A DNA stretch of 64,000 bases from the NCBI GenBank assembly GCA_963713605.1, contig CAVQMO010000003.1, forward strand, positions 320,001 through 384,000, in the 5' to 3' direction. The translations under genes were made by a program, and so were the position numbers. Origin of the DNA: an uncultured Nitrososphaerales archaeon. Its GTDB lineage: Archaea; Thermoproteota; Nitrososphaeria; Nitrososphaerales; Nitrososphaeraceae. The notes beneath the pieces were generated by a model. The model saw only the letters and a program-made list of their open reading frames with translations. It was not told the DNA's origin and made no database searches. The first letter of the stretch is position 1, and each line of letters starts with the position of its first letter. Of the stretch, positions 34,479 through 45,115 are shown in pieces.

Positions 34479-35841
34479 TCAAAAATACTTCCTTGGATCG
34501 GCTATTTTTCCTTCGATCGCAGATGCTGCTACCGTTGCAGGAGATGCTAGATATACTTTAGATGACAGTGCACCCATTCTGCCGATAAAATTCCTTGAGG
34601 ATGAAGATATACAGATCTCATTTTCTCCTAACGCACCAAGATGAGTACCAACACATGCGCCACATGTAGCATTGGTAAACACAGCTCCTGATTGTAGATA
34701 AATTTCTACATAGCCACGCTTAATTGCATCTTCGTATACTTTGACAGATGCAGGAGTAACTACGCATCGTGTATTTTTGTGAATTTTTCTGCCCTTTAAT
34801 ATGTGTGCTGCAATTTCAAGGTCTTCTATTCTTCCGTTTGTAGAAGAACCTATAAACGCTTGATCAATATCTATATTTGATAATTCTTCAACTGAATGTA
34901 CCTTGTCAATATTATCCGGACCTGAAACTTTCGGATCAATCTTGTTACATTCTATCTCAAATTCATCTTCGTACCTGGCAGAAGTACCCGCTTTTATTTT
35001 GATATTTTTGAGATCGTTATTTGTTCTTGCATTCTCTTCTAGATATTTAGTTGTAACCTGATCAGTGGGAAATACAGATATTTTTGCACCGCACTCCATT
35101 GAAGCATTGCTGATACATGCTCTAGAGTCCATAGTAAATTCTTTCCTGACATTTTCATTTGAAAATTTCCATTCTAGTGCCTTATAATTTGCACCATCTT
35201 CGCCTACCTTTCCGATATAATCTAAAATTAGATCTCGTACAAACACTCCTTTCCCAAAAATCCCTGATAAATTAATCTTTATAGTATCTGGTACTTTCAA
35301 CCATAATTGACCTGTTGCCCAGACAGGCAGCAATTTCTGTACTTCCAATTCCAGTAGCAAATGCAGACAGACATCCGGCTTGACAGGTATGTGAATCTGC
35401 TCCCAATATCATCATACCAGGAACAGCAAGATATTCGAGAATATATTGATGCGAGATTGAGCCCTCGACTAAAAGGCAGTTGTATTTAGAGACAAAATCT
35501 CTCATCATAGCATGCATATTGGCCACTTTCTCATCTGCTGCTGGAAATGTATGATCTATAACTAGCAAAACCTTCGAAGGATCGTAGGGCTTGTTGATAC
35601 CCATTTCTGCAAATGAACGTATTGCCAAAGGGCCTGTACTATCTTGTGCCATAGCGAGATCTACATTCACAATTACAATATCACCGGGCATGGACACTGA
35701 TTTTGTTTCGACATTCTTTATGCTTATCAGCTTTTCAGCAATGGTGAGTGAACTATCATTGAGAATTGTTTTGGTACGAGATGTGTCCTGACTTTGATGC
35801 TGCTGTCGTCGTTGAAGCGAAGCACGTGTCATGTTTTGCAT
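34479..35841 (-). CDS. leuC: 3-isopropylmalate dehydratase/homoaconitase large subunit, +1 frameshift near 35325
   Basis: QDSTGP, VIDH, GADSHT, CGACVG, SSSRNFIGRMG, ASPATVAASA; TEIAA, extra T, VWATGQLW. Confidence 0.88.
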
Positions 35842-36241
35842 TTAATACCCTTTTGGTAGTTCAGATCTAATTATTCTACAACCAGTGGAGAGAAAATTTA
35901 CTATCATTATATTCCCTGTTGAAATTTTATCACAGATAACTATTTCCTGCATATCATATCAATAGGTAATTATTGCTAATAAAATTTCGTCCTTGATCCA
36001 TTCTACCTCTAACAGAGTTCGGTCATAATGGGAATAAATTTTATCATTTATTGCGCTTATTAGTAACATATATCATATAAATTTAATACTTATTTTGATT
36101 CCGAGAAGCAGGAATTGACAGCCGATAGCACTCCCATAATTACAGATTAAATAATGGTTTTCTTTCTATGCTAATGTTCTTCTGAATTCCAATCAAGATT
36201 CAATGTGTTTTCCACTGTACTCCTTTCAGATCACTCCCCTG

Positions 36242-36506
36242 TCATCTATTCTCCTTCTCGGTCACGGCATCAATCTTCCTATCCAAATTAAGTATTTCCT
36301 TAAGAAATCTCTCCTGATGTTTCTGAACATGTTGCATTGATTGCAAGACTTTATAGTGACTCTCCTCAAGCTCGTTTATCCGTCTGAGGGTCTCATCCTG
36401 TTTCGTTGTAGTTTTCTTCTGTATTTTATAGATCCACCAGGCTATTACTATGCCAAGGCAGCGCTCCTAAAACAATACTTAGATATGTACTAGAGGCGTT
36501 TGTCAT
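36242..36506 (-). CDS. Small single-TM coiled-coil protein, +1 frameshift near 36460
   Basis: MTNASSTYLSIVLGA, then LGIVIAWWIYKIQKKTTTKQDETLRRINELEESH...DRKIDAVTEKENR in the next frame. Confidence 0.6.
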
Positions 36507-37474
36507 ATCTATGCAACCTTTGGCTATTTCAGGTATGCATCCCCAAGATACCATACTTTATTATGATATTAGGTCCTGATGTTATAGTTTGCCTCATTGT
36601 CGGAGATAAGAAAAGGTGATTCCTTGTTGCTTCTGCAAGAGGTACAGACGAAAATTCGTCTTTTTCGCATTTACCGTTGGTCTAGGGCAGAGGATATTTG
36701 CACATAGACTTTTCCTGTACTCTACTGAGGGGTGTTATTAAGCTATCAGCACCTGGACTTTGACTGGTAGGGTGCTTATTGATTTTTCTTTAAAACCTAT
36801 GAGGAACGGCCTTCCCGTTATTCCAGGGCTCGCTAAAATGCACAGCAATATCGTGCGCTGTCAGATTTCAATTCATTTGATTATTCAGTCCTTATAAATT
36901 AAAAGCCAAAATGCCTGTTTCTATTTTACTCACCAATCTCAATTTCCTTATCACAGAATGGATAACCTCTACTCAAATTATAATCTCTTACCTGATTATT
37001 CTTTCCTCTAATTGGCAGTACTGCCCGCTTCCGTTGGAAATGATGTTATAGCCCCCTTCAATCATATTTCTCATTGCTGCTGGCATTGGTATTGTATATT
37101 AGCGAGGATCTTTCCTAAGAGATGTTTGTAGGTATACAAACATAAATTCTTTGCATAACCTACAATAGTTGTAGTGGTTAAGTAAAGGCAGTGCCAATAA
37201 TACTGATTTTTTGTATTCCAAACTTTTAAGTTACTAAACAGGGGTTAATAATGTCCCCAACTCAAATATGATAAAATATCACTAGTGCAGCCCTTAGACT
37301 TAACGTATAACTATTTCCTCTTGAAGTAACATATGATTATTATATAGTCTAAGTAAGCTATAAGCTTTTCATATAGATATAATGTACAATTCTGCTACTT
37401 TTGTTACCAATTTCACTCCATAAATTGGACATGTAACCTAGCAAATTTATATACAAAGAATTGAGCTAATAGTT

Positions 37475-38245
37475 GTGGCTCAATATGCTGTTCAACCAAG
37501 AAAGGTGTTCCCTGTTAAGACATTACATTATGGCAATGAAGCTCGTAATAAAGAGGGACTTAAAGGAAGACTAATCATTGTCGAGGGAATAGACGGATCC
37601 GGCAAGTCGACCCAGCTTCATCTCTTAGAACAATGGTTACGATCTAAGAATATGGCCGTATTCTTAACGGAGTGGAATTCATCCGATATGGTCAAACAGA
37701 TTACCTCCAAAGGGAAAAAGAAAGGCAAGCTTACCCCAACAACGTTCAGCCTATTGCATGCTACAGACTTCGCAGATAGGTATGAGAGAAAGATTCTCCC
37801 TCTTCTTCGAGCAGGTTATATCGTCTTGGCCGATCGATACATTTACACAGCATTTGCAAGGGATACCGTGCGAGGGTGTAGTAGAAGTTGGGTGCACAAA
37901 GTCTATAGCTACGCCTTAAAGCCAGATCTTACATTTTATTTTAAAGTCCGTATTGATGTGGCATTTGAAAGAATTCTCGTTGGACGCCCGAAGCTGAAAT
38001 TCTATGAAGCAGGGATGGATTTGAACCTCAGTAACGATCCATATGAAAGCTATCGGATATTTCAACAGCGAATAATAGATGAATACGATGCTATGGCCCA
38101 GGATGAAGGGTTCGCTGTTATCGATGGAACATCTGCCATTGAGGAGCAACAGGCCCAAGTACGTGATTTAGTCAAGGGTGTAATCCCAAAAAACCAACGT
38201 AAGTTTCTTGAATCAGAGCCTATCAAGTTAGGAGTGGCGGCATGA
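37475..38245 (+). CDS. Thymidylate-kinase-family protein with canonical P-loop; candidate catalytic subunit of family-3 polyphosphate kinase
   Basis: EGIDGSGKST, LADRYIYT, KFYEAGMDL. Confidence 0.85.
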   Translation: MAQYAVQPRKVFPVKTLHYGNEARNKEGLKGRLIIVEGIDGSGKSTQLHLLEQWLRSKNMAVFLTEWNSSDMVKQITSKGKKKGKLTPTTFSLLHATDFADRYERKILPLLRAGYIVLADRYIYTAFARDTVRGCSRSWVHKVYSYALKPDLTFYFKVRIDVAFERILVGRPKLKFYEAGMDLNLSNDPYESYRIFQQRIIDEYDAMAQDEGFAVIDGTSAIEEQQAQVRDLVKGVIPKNQRKFLESEPIKLGVAA

Positions 38246-39078
38246 TAAGGAGGAGACGAATGCGAAAAGGGGCTTCAAAGACCATGACGACGCAAAGACC
38301 AAGAAATCGACCAGTCAACGAAGAATTGGATAACGCCTATAATTTGCAAATTAGTAGGAAAGAAACTCGCCGGTCCCGGTTACCACTGTATTATGGAGAT
38401 GGCATTAGATACCTTCAGAACGATACTCCACTCAGTGGAAAGCTTATTGTTATAGAAGGACCAGACGCATCAGGCAGGACCAGTCAGATTTCCATAATAC
38501 AACCATGGTTAGAAGCTGATGGACATGCTGTTGTTACCACCGGGTTACGAAGGTCTGAATTGGTCGGAGAGGGGATATTAGAAGCGAAAAGAAATTTCGT
38601 ACTGGGGAGGAGAACGCTCAGCCTATTCTATGCAGCAGACTTTGCAGATCAACTTGAAAACAAGATTATACCCGCATTGAGAGCAGGATACATCGTTCTT
38701 GCTGATAGATATATTTTTACGTTAATGGCTCGAGATGCGGTAAGAAGGATTAGCAGGACATGGTCACATGCATTATATGGGTTTGCGTTAAAACCTGATC
38801 TAGTCTTCTATCTAGATGTGGATCCTAATGAGTTAATTCATAGAGGCTTTCAAAAAAATTTTTCTCTAGATTACTACGAATCCGGTGCAGATTTGGGACT
38901 CTCAGATGATATGTTTGAGTCCTTTATTAAGTATCAAAACATGTTGGCAAAGGAATTCCACAGAATGCAGAAGAAATACGGATTAATTCCTATAGACGGA
39001 AACCGTACGATTGAAGAAATTAACACTGATCTCCTAAAACGCATTGGCGATTTTCTTAATACAGCCGCTGTTAGATAA
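38242..39078 (+). CDS. Thymidylate-kinase-family paralog with degenerate P-loop; candidate regulatory subunit
   Basis: EGPDASGRTS (Lys to Arg), LADRYIFT, DYYESGADL; ATGA overlap with the upstream gene. Confidence 0.85.
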   Translation: MIRRRRMRKGASKTMTTQRPRNRPVNEELDNAYNLQISRKETRRSRLPLYYGDGIRYLQNDTPLSGKLIVIEGPDASGRTSQISIIQPWLEADGHAVVTTGLRRSELVGEGILEAKRNFVLGRRTLSLFYAADFADQLENKIIPALRAGYIVLADRYIFTLMARDAVRRISRTWSHALYGFALKPDLVFYLDVDPNELIHRGFQKNFSLDYYESGADLGLSDDMFESFIKYQNMLAKEFHRMQKKYGLIPIDGNRTIEEINTDLLKRIGDFLNTAAVR

Positions 39079-39204
39079 GGAGCGATAGTATTACTAATGC
39101 CTATTACAGTTCTAGATTTGATACTTGATTTAACCTCTGTTATCAGGAACATGAGCTGAAGCTATTTGATGTCCATATTAGATTGAGAGTATCAAACGAT
39201 CGTC

Positions 39205-39457
39205 ATCATCGCCGTCGGAGTATTTCGTCTACGAAACACAATTTCCAATTCTCTCCAGGTTCGTAGGATCAATGACCGGATGTCCAGTTGAATGAAAATG
39301 CTTTGTTCCGTGTCTATTTTTGGAAGAGTCACAACATCCAATATGACCACAGCTTAAACATAACCTCAAGGCTACCCAATTTTTCACATTCCTCACAACC
39401 ATTCGTTCTTGCCTCTGTTTCAGGGTTTGCCTGTTTCAGATGACTGCACACTCTCAT
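39205..39457 (-). pseudogene. UBP-type zinc finger protein, frameshifted
   Basis: MRVCSHL...GCEECEK, WVALRLCLSCGHIGCCDSSKNRHGTKHFHSTGHPVI, SYEPGENW.LCFVDE. Confidence 0.8.
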
Positions 39458-39852
39458 GATTTTACGAGTATCATATTGTATTTAAAGTTGATAATGTTAG
39501 TAGCGCGACAATTATCATATTACTCTTGGGGGAAACGAATACGTAAACTGTCTTGGCCAGACTGGATTGTTGTTCCCGACCTAATAAGATGACCTAACAG
39601 ATATACGGGATAAGAAGAGCGATTGTCCTTTGGTTGAGGTTTAAACTCGATTAGATTTGATCCTTTTGCGCCTTTGAGGGATCCCTATCAGATGCGCCAA
39701 TCATTCTCAATTTTCCCATTTGAGGGACATAATTTTTGAGTCGTGTTATGCTAATTTTAAGATTTATTGTGAAATTAGAAAATGGACACCCATACCCATT
39801 TATCACCTTTGATCCATAATGATGTGGTATTATCCAAAGGGGATGTGTATAA

Positions 39853-40485
39853 TTGAGACTATATTTATTGGTGATCGTAGTTGGAATACTGCTACTCGCT
39901 GGAACTTTTGTAATATCGTCGTTAGCCACCATTGAGGATTTTCCAACCGTCGATTATTATACTATTAGCAGCAACGGTGATGATAATGATGACTCCGTCA
40001 TCGAACAGGAAAGTCATCTGCAAATCTGCTGTTCGTGGTCAACAAAATTATCTGATGGCGTCTTAAAATATTCAATAGATGAAGCACAGGTGGAGGATAA
40101 GCAAAAGGGAAGACTGGCGATAATTAAGGCAATCAAGGAATGGGATACAAAAATAGAAGGTCTGCAACTAATTGAAGAAGAACAGAATCCTTCAATCTCA
40201 GATATACAGATTACATTTGGTGAGCTGGGTAATGATGAAACTGGAAATCAATACTATGATTTCAAGAATAAGGTAGACGAGGATTTAACATTGATACCGT
40301 CAGCAGGTTGGACTCAATTTACATTTGATAACCATGGGTTTATTGATAGTAGTAAAATAATTATATCTGAAGACATCTTTGACCAAAATTTCGGTGAAGA
40401 CATCATTGAGCAAATTGCAAAACACGAGCTTGGACATGCTCTTGGTCTTGGTCATACTAATTACGAAGGAAGTTTGATGATCTAG
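39853..40485 (+). CDS. Secreted matrixin-like (metzincin) metalloprotease, probably C-terminally truncated
   Basis: Signal anchor; HELGHALGLGH; stop right after the SLM Met-turn. Confidence 0.8.
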   Translation: MRLYLLVIVVGILLLAGTFVISSLATIEDFPTVDYYTISSNGDDNDDSVIEQESHLQICCSWSTKLSDGVLKYSIDEAQVEDKQKGRLAIIKAIKEWDTKIEGLQLIEEEQNPSISDIQITFGELGNDETGNQYYDFKNKVDEDLTLIPSAGWTQFTFDNHGFIDSSKIIISEDIFDQNFGEDIIEQIAKHELGHALGLGHTNYEGSLMI

Positions 40486-40631
40486 AAAAGTGGCAGGAAA
40501 CATATGTGGAGGAATTGAATCAAATAGAAAGAAGAACCTCATACAATTTTTATAATATTGCACAAGCTGCAGTTACGGCAGCACCGCCAAAATATTGTAG
40601 ACATTCGAACGGTCTGTAGGATAGGAGGGGG

Positions 40632-40691
40632 GGTAGTGGAGACCATTCTATAGTCTATTCTGGAGTGCTTTCATCTATGGTCGTCCTACCT
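40632..40691. repeat. GGTCGTCCTAC hairpin family, copy 3
   Basis: GGTAGTGGAGACCA (40632-40645) ... TGGTCGTCCTACCT (40678-40691). Confidence 0.65.
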
Positions 40692-40864
40692 TAACTCATC
40701 TGTTGTGGTTATGTGATCGTTTATGGAATCTGCATGAATTAGTTGTTTGTATACTCTACTAAGAAAATATGATACAGTAGTTTTAGGCGTATTAGAATCG
40801 GAGCAGGACAAAGCGCTTATTTCTGGATAGGAGTAAGATATAAGACAATTGAAGACTAGAATTA

Positions 40865-41338
40865 ATGAGAATGCAGTTGAATAATTTCAATCGAGTAGAA
40901 GCTCTGCGGGAAATCATTTTTTCTTATCTACATCATGCTCAAGCTAGTATTAGCGGCCATAGAGTGAGCGCCGCTGTATTTGCTATGAGGAAAGCCAGAT
41001 CGAAGAGCAAAAAAAAAATAGAAACCGAGAGTGGTGATTTGTTCAAAGTCTTTGGCGGTTGTAACCTGGAAATATCTATAAGCACAGTTTTACACGCAGA
41101 GGCAATTGCTTTGTATAAAGCATTGTCGGAAGGATATACAAAAATTCAGGCAGTAGGAGTAACAAGTGATCATGAAGATCAGATAAAACCTTTGTGCGGC
41201 GCTTGTAGACAACTCTACATGTATGTTAATCCATTGACAACAATCTATGTATTCGGCAAGGACAAAAAAGTCAAACTCCAGGTGAAATTAATAGATACTA
41301 TGAAATATCCGTATATTAGTAGAGGTAAGGTCACTTGA
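40865..41338 (+). CDS. cdd: Cytidine deaminase family protein
   Basis: GCNLE, HAE, PLCGACRQ zinc motifs. Confidence 0.82.
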   Translation: MRMQLNNFNRVEALREIIFSYLHHAQASISGHRVSAAVFAMRKARSKSKKKIETESGDLFKVFGGCNLEISISTVLHAEAIALYKALSEGYTKIQAVGVTSDHEDQIKPLCGACRQLYMYVNPLTTIYVFGKDKKVKLQVKLIDTMKYPYISRGKVT

Positions 41339-41400
41339 ACTCATCCAACTCTTATACTTACGTGTGAGCTTGTAGATGACTTGAACTCATCCAACTCTTA
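41333..41400. repeat. 22-bp direct repeat
   Basis: ACTTGAACTCATCCAACTCTTA at 41333-41354 and 41379-41400. Confidence 0.85.
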
Positions 41401-42425
41401 CTCTTCTGAACAAAAGATTGAAGTCTGGCACGGGGCTGAAAATATAATAAACAAGTCATTGGAAGTGATGTATTCTATAGAAAATCAATATGACTTGCGC
41501 ATTACGCAGGGTGGGCTGAACGTAATCTTATCTGAAGACAGAATAAGAAAGGCAGACAAGAGGAGTGACAACTAGGATCATAACCGAATTCACGAAAGAT
41601 AATCTAAAAGAGTGCAGAATATTATCAGAGATCGCACAGATTCATCATTTATCTGAAATGAGTGGTAATTTTGCCGTTGCGGACAGAAAGAACTATGTGG
41701 CTGTAGCAGATCTTAATGATTCTTGTTCTCCCAACGTGGAACTTATAACAAGTACTGCACCAGCCTTTGTAAAGCAACAACAACATTTTTTTGATATGCT
41801 TTGGTCTAAGTCAGTACCTTTTGAACCACCTGTTACAGTAATGGAGGATGTCATGATCCCCACTATGATGCAGCTACTCACTAAGCCTTCCGAAATACTT
41901 AATGTTAGCTATAGACTTCTCAAGGAAGCAAGAAAAGAAATACTGGCGATTTTCCATACAGCCAATGCCCTAGTTCGTCAAGAGAAAGCAGGAGCAATTG
42001 ACTTACTTATTGAAAGTGCGATAAAATACAAAACACAAGTTAAAATTCTTGTACCAATAGAAGACATAGCACTAAACACGATCCGTAGATTAGAAGAAAC
42101 TAATGGAATACAAGTACGACATATCGAATCAATCATGCAAACTATGGTTACAATTGTAGTGATAGATAGAACATACTCAATAGCAGTTGAATTGAAAGAT
42201 GATACGAAGGAAAATTCGGAGGAAGCAATAGGATTGGCAACATTTTCTAACAGTAAATCAACGGTATTGTCATATGTATCAATGTTTGAAAGTTACATGA
42301 GACTTACCGAATTATATAAGGAATCACAATCAAGACTGAGCAATAAAACAGATGAACTAGAAGCTATGAAAAAATATCTAAATGAAGTGCTGGAAGAAGT
42401 AGACAAGTTCAAGAAAACCAAATAA
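41381..42425 (+). CDS. Sensor-like protein resembling N-terminal domains of Nitrososphaeraceae histidine kinases; no kinase domain; frameshift near 41560
   Basis: RIITEFTKDN, GNFAVAD, QQQHFFDMLW.K, ELKDD....EAIGLATFSNSKSTVLSYVSMFE; ends in a coiled coil. Confidence 0.75.
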
Positions 42426-42495
42426 TAGTGGAGGATAATTATTTATGACAAACAAAAGTCAAGGATTTTCTATGAAAGGTGGCATGTAGTTTAAT

Positions 42496-43080
42496 ATGAA
42501 TAAAACAATTATCTGGGAAAATAAAGATGGTAGTGATTATAGCATCGAATACTTTGACCTAATATCCAAAAGAGATGCACACATTTTGAGAGGTACTGTT
42601 ATACTACTACTAGACCAAACCCCTATGCTGGTTAGCTATGAAATAGTATGTGATAGAGATTGGAAAACTAGATCAGTGAGGATCAGTCAACAGACATCTG
42701 AGCAAGAGAATAGATATCTCGATCTTAAGGTTAATCAGGACCAAATATGGAGAAAACAGAGTGATGGACCTTCATCTTATTCATCAGCTGTTATTGAGTT
42801 TGCATCTGGGTTTTACGACATAGATCTTCAGATAACTCCTGCAACTAATAGCTTACCTATTAACAGATGTGGTTTGAATGAAGGAGATTCCCAACAAATC
42901 CAAGTTCTTTGGATAGGCTTTCCTGGCTTGACTTTAGAACAACAAGAGCAGAGATATAGTAAAATCGATGATAGACTTTACAGGTTCAAAGTCCATTCTA
43001 TTGATTTTGAGAAGCGATTGCTCGTGGACGAATTGGGATTAGTAGTTGATTACGATAGTCTATGGCATCGGTTAAACTAA
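42496..43080 (+). CDS. Putative glycolipid-binding domain protein
   Basis: YEIVCDRDWKTR, DIDLQITPATNSLPINR, QRYS, LVDELGLVVDY. Confidence 0.85.
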   Translation: MNKTIIWENKDGSDYSIEYFDLISKRDAHILRGTVILLLDQTPMLVSYEIVCDRDWKTRSVRISQQTSEQENRYLDLKVNQDQIWRKQSDGPSSYSSAVIEFASGFYDIDLQITPATNSLPINRCGLNEGDSQQIQVLWIGFPGLTLEQQEQRYSKIDDRLYRFKVHSIDFEKRLLVDELGLVVDYDSLWHRLN

Positions 43081-43221
43081 TCAATATTTAGTATTATATG
43101 TGTGACCTCTGGCTTAGAAGAAATTACTTGAATAATAATAATAAGAGGACGTGATAGTAACTTCATATGTGATAATATAAATAGTAACAGAATAAATACC
43201 ACGTTATATTGCAGAGTAGGA

Positions 43222-43798
43222 GTGCAAGCACTAAACTTCATTAATAATCAAATAGATGTGGGAATAAAACCGCAAATAAATCATTCGTGGGGAGAAGAGT
43301 TTGCTAATAGAAAAATTGTAGTCATGATTGAAGGTTCATGGATGCCTAGTTACTTTCCGGATATGCAATTATCAGAATTTGAAAAAAACATAGGTTTTAT
43401 TCCCATGTTTCCAGTTTCGAGAGAAACTAATGGTACCTCTTCCTTGATGGGAGGATGGGAGTTGAGCATTCCTAAGATGTCTGCTCATAAAGGTTTAGCA
43501 TGGGAATTAATTACCCTTATATTAAATCCAAAAATTCTAGCACCATGGTTAGAAGACAGTGGTTTTCTTCCAACACAAATTTCTATTGGTCAGGGATACC
43601 TATTGAACAAGACCCTCTCTTCTAGCCCGTACATCCATTTGGAGGATTTAGACCAAGTATTCCAGAATATTCACAGATTGCTCATATATTAAAGAAGCAT
43701 TGGATGCAGTCTATTATGGTACAAAGGATCCGAAAGAAGCATTAAATGACGCAGCTACAAAATCTGCAGTTATACTTGGATGGAACTCGAAAAAGTGA
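43222..43798 (+). pseudogene. C-terminal fragment of an ABC sugar-type solute-binding protein
   Basis: MIEGSW, SLMGGWELSIP, AWELI; out-of-frame tail KDPKEALNDAATKSA.ILGW. Confidence 0.75.
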
Positions 43799-44079
43799 CA
43801 TCCTAAATTTCTTTGTATTTAGGATCCGCGAAAGCGTGCCATGGGTGTGAGTACCTTTAATATAATTATATCAAGATAATCCCAATTCTCAGGTTACTGG
43901 CCAGCACAAATTCGCTAACTCGAATGACGATTTAAAGCATAAAAATAGGGATAAACAGTTAATACTAGGATAACTTACCAATAAACTCAAAAGGTTAGGG
44001 TTTGCAGATACCCACTGCAATACACTGATCGATTGCTGTTTGTATGTTTTGTATCTGTTTGTATAGTTTCCACACGCTC

Positions 44080-44560
44080 ATTCAGTCACGCAATAACAGG
44101 TAGAATGGCATAGAGCCAAAGTACTGGAATTAATGAGCAAAGGAGAAACCAGTCAGGCCGAGATAGCAAGGATACTGCAGGTAGATAGATCCACAATATA
44201 TAGAGATGTAGATTATTTGAGGCAGCAGGCAAAAAGGAATATCACAAGATACGTTGATGAAAGGCTGCCTGAAGAGTACGAGAAATGCCTTGTTGGTTTG
44301 AACAGCATATTGAAAGAAGCATGGACGATCTCACAATCAGAGAATGTAAAGGGTGATAAGATTAGCAAAGGAATGCTATGCAATGAAACTTGAGTTACTC
44401 ACTAATGCTACAGTAGTGGATGATGCTATCAGGTTTGTAGCTTCAAATTCAGCACCCCCCCATAGAGAAAACTAATTCCGACAAAATGACTGTTGATGAG
44501 GGAGACTGTAGCCACGGGAAACAACAGCCAATTCCAGCAACAACAAATACTGTATTCTAG
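44080..44560 (+). pseudogene. HTH-domain protein, frameshifted
   Basis: QVEWHRAKVLELMSKGETSQAEIARILQVDRSTIYRDV...LPEEYEKCLVG; tail ECYAMKLELLTNATVVDDAIRFV in another frame. Confidence 0.7.
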
Positions 44561-44605
44561 TGGAATATCACAAAAGCTCTGAGCACAGATCTACTTCCAA
44601 AAGCA

Positions 44606-44629
44606 GTGTGACAAGTGTGACGGTGTGAC
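44606..44629. repeat. Three closely spaced GTGTGAC repeats
   Basis: GTGTGAC at 44606, 44615, 44623. Confidence 0.6.
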
Positions 44630-44854
44630 TGGGGGTGTTATGGATGCAGCATCGAGTTAACTCAATATCTTCAACGTTTCATTTTAGTATTACCTTTAGG
44701 TTTCTTGGGTATTGGGCTTTTAGGTGGGTGCCTTTCGTCTTTCTCCACTCCTTAGTTCACCTCCAGATCTACACTTCGTCTGCTTGTACTATATACTGTA
44801 TAAGATATAAGATCAATGGTTTTTGTTTTTATATCCTAGATCAGTATAGTTTAT

Positions 44855-44992
44855 GTGGATAACTGCAAACATTGGGGATGCATTGTAGGAACTAATACCT
44901 GTGCTGGTTGTGGCGCAATTATCTGTAAACTTTGCTTGAGAGAGCCAAAAAATTGTAGGTGTGATGATAAGGATTATTGTTGCAATCAATGA
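44855..44992 (+). CDS. Cys-rich microprotein (10 Cys in 45 aa), metallothionein/zinc-finger-like
   Basis: GTG start; MDNCKHWGCIVGTNTCAGCGAIICKLCLREPKNCRCDDKDYCCNQ; TTTATA at 44828-44833. Confidence 0.6.
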   Translation: MDNCKHWGCIVGTNTCAGCGAIICKLCLREPKNCRCDDKDYCCNQ

Positions 44993-45115
44993 TAAGACGA
45001 GGCATTTTTTGTCAGAAATGTGAAGGGGGGTAAAGAGACTGGCATAATTAAAGAGTTAAAAGGTATGTACTCCAGTTGGTCTCAATGCTATTCAAATCTT
45101 GGAGTCCATTTCGAC

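Noticed and set aside
41333..41400. Repeat-spacer-repeat as CRISPR unit
   Set aside because: Only two copies, both overlapping coding ends; no leader or cas genes
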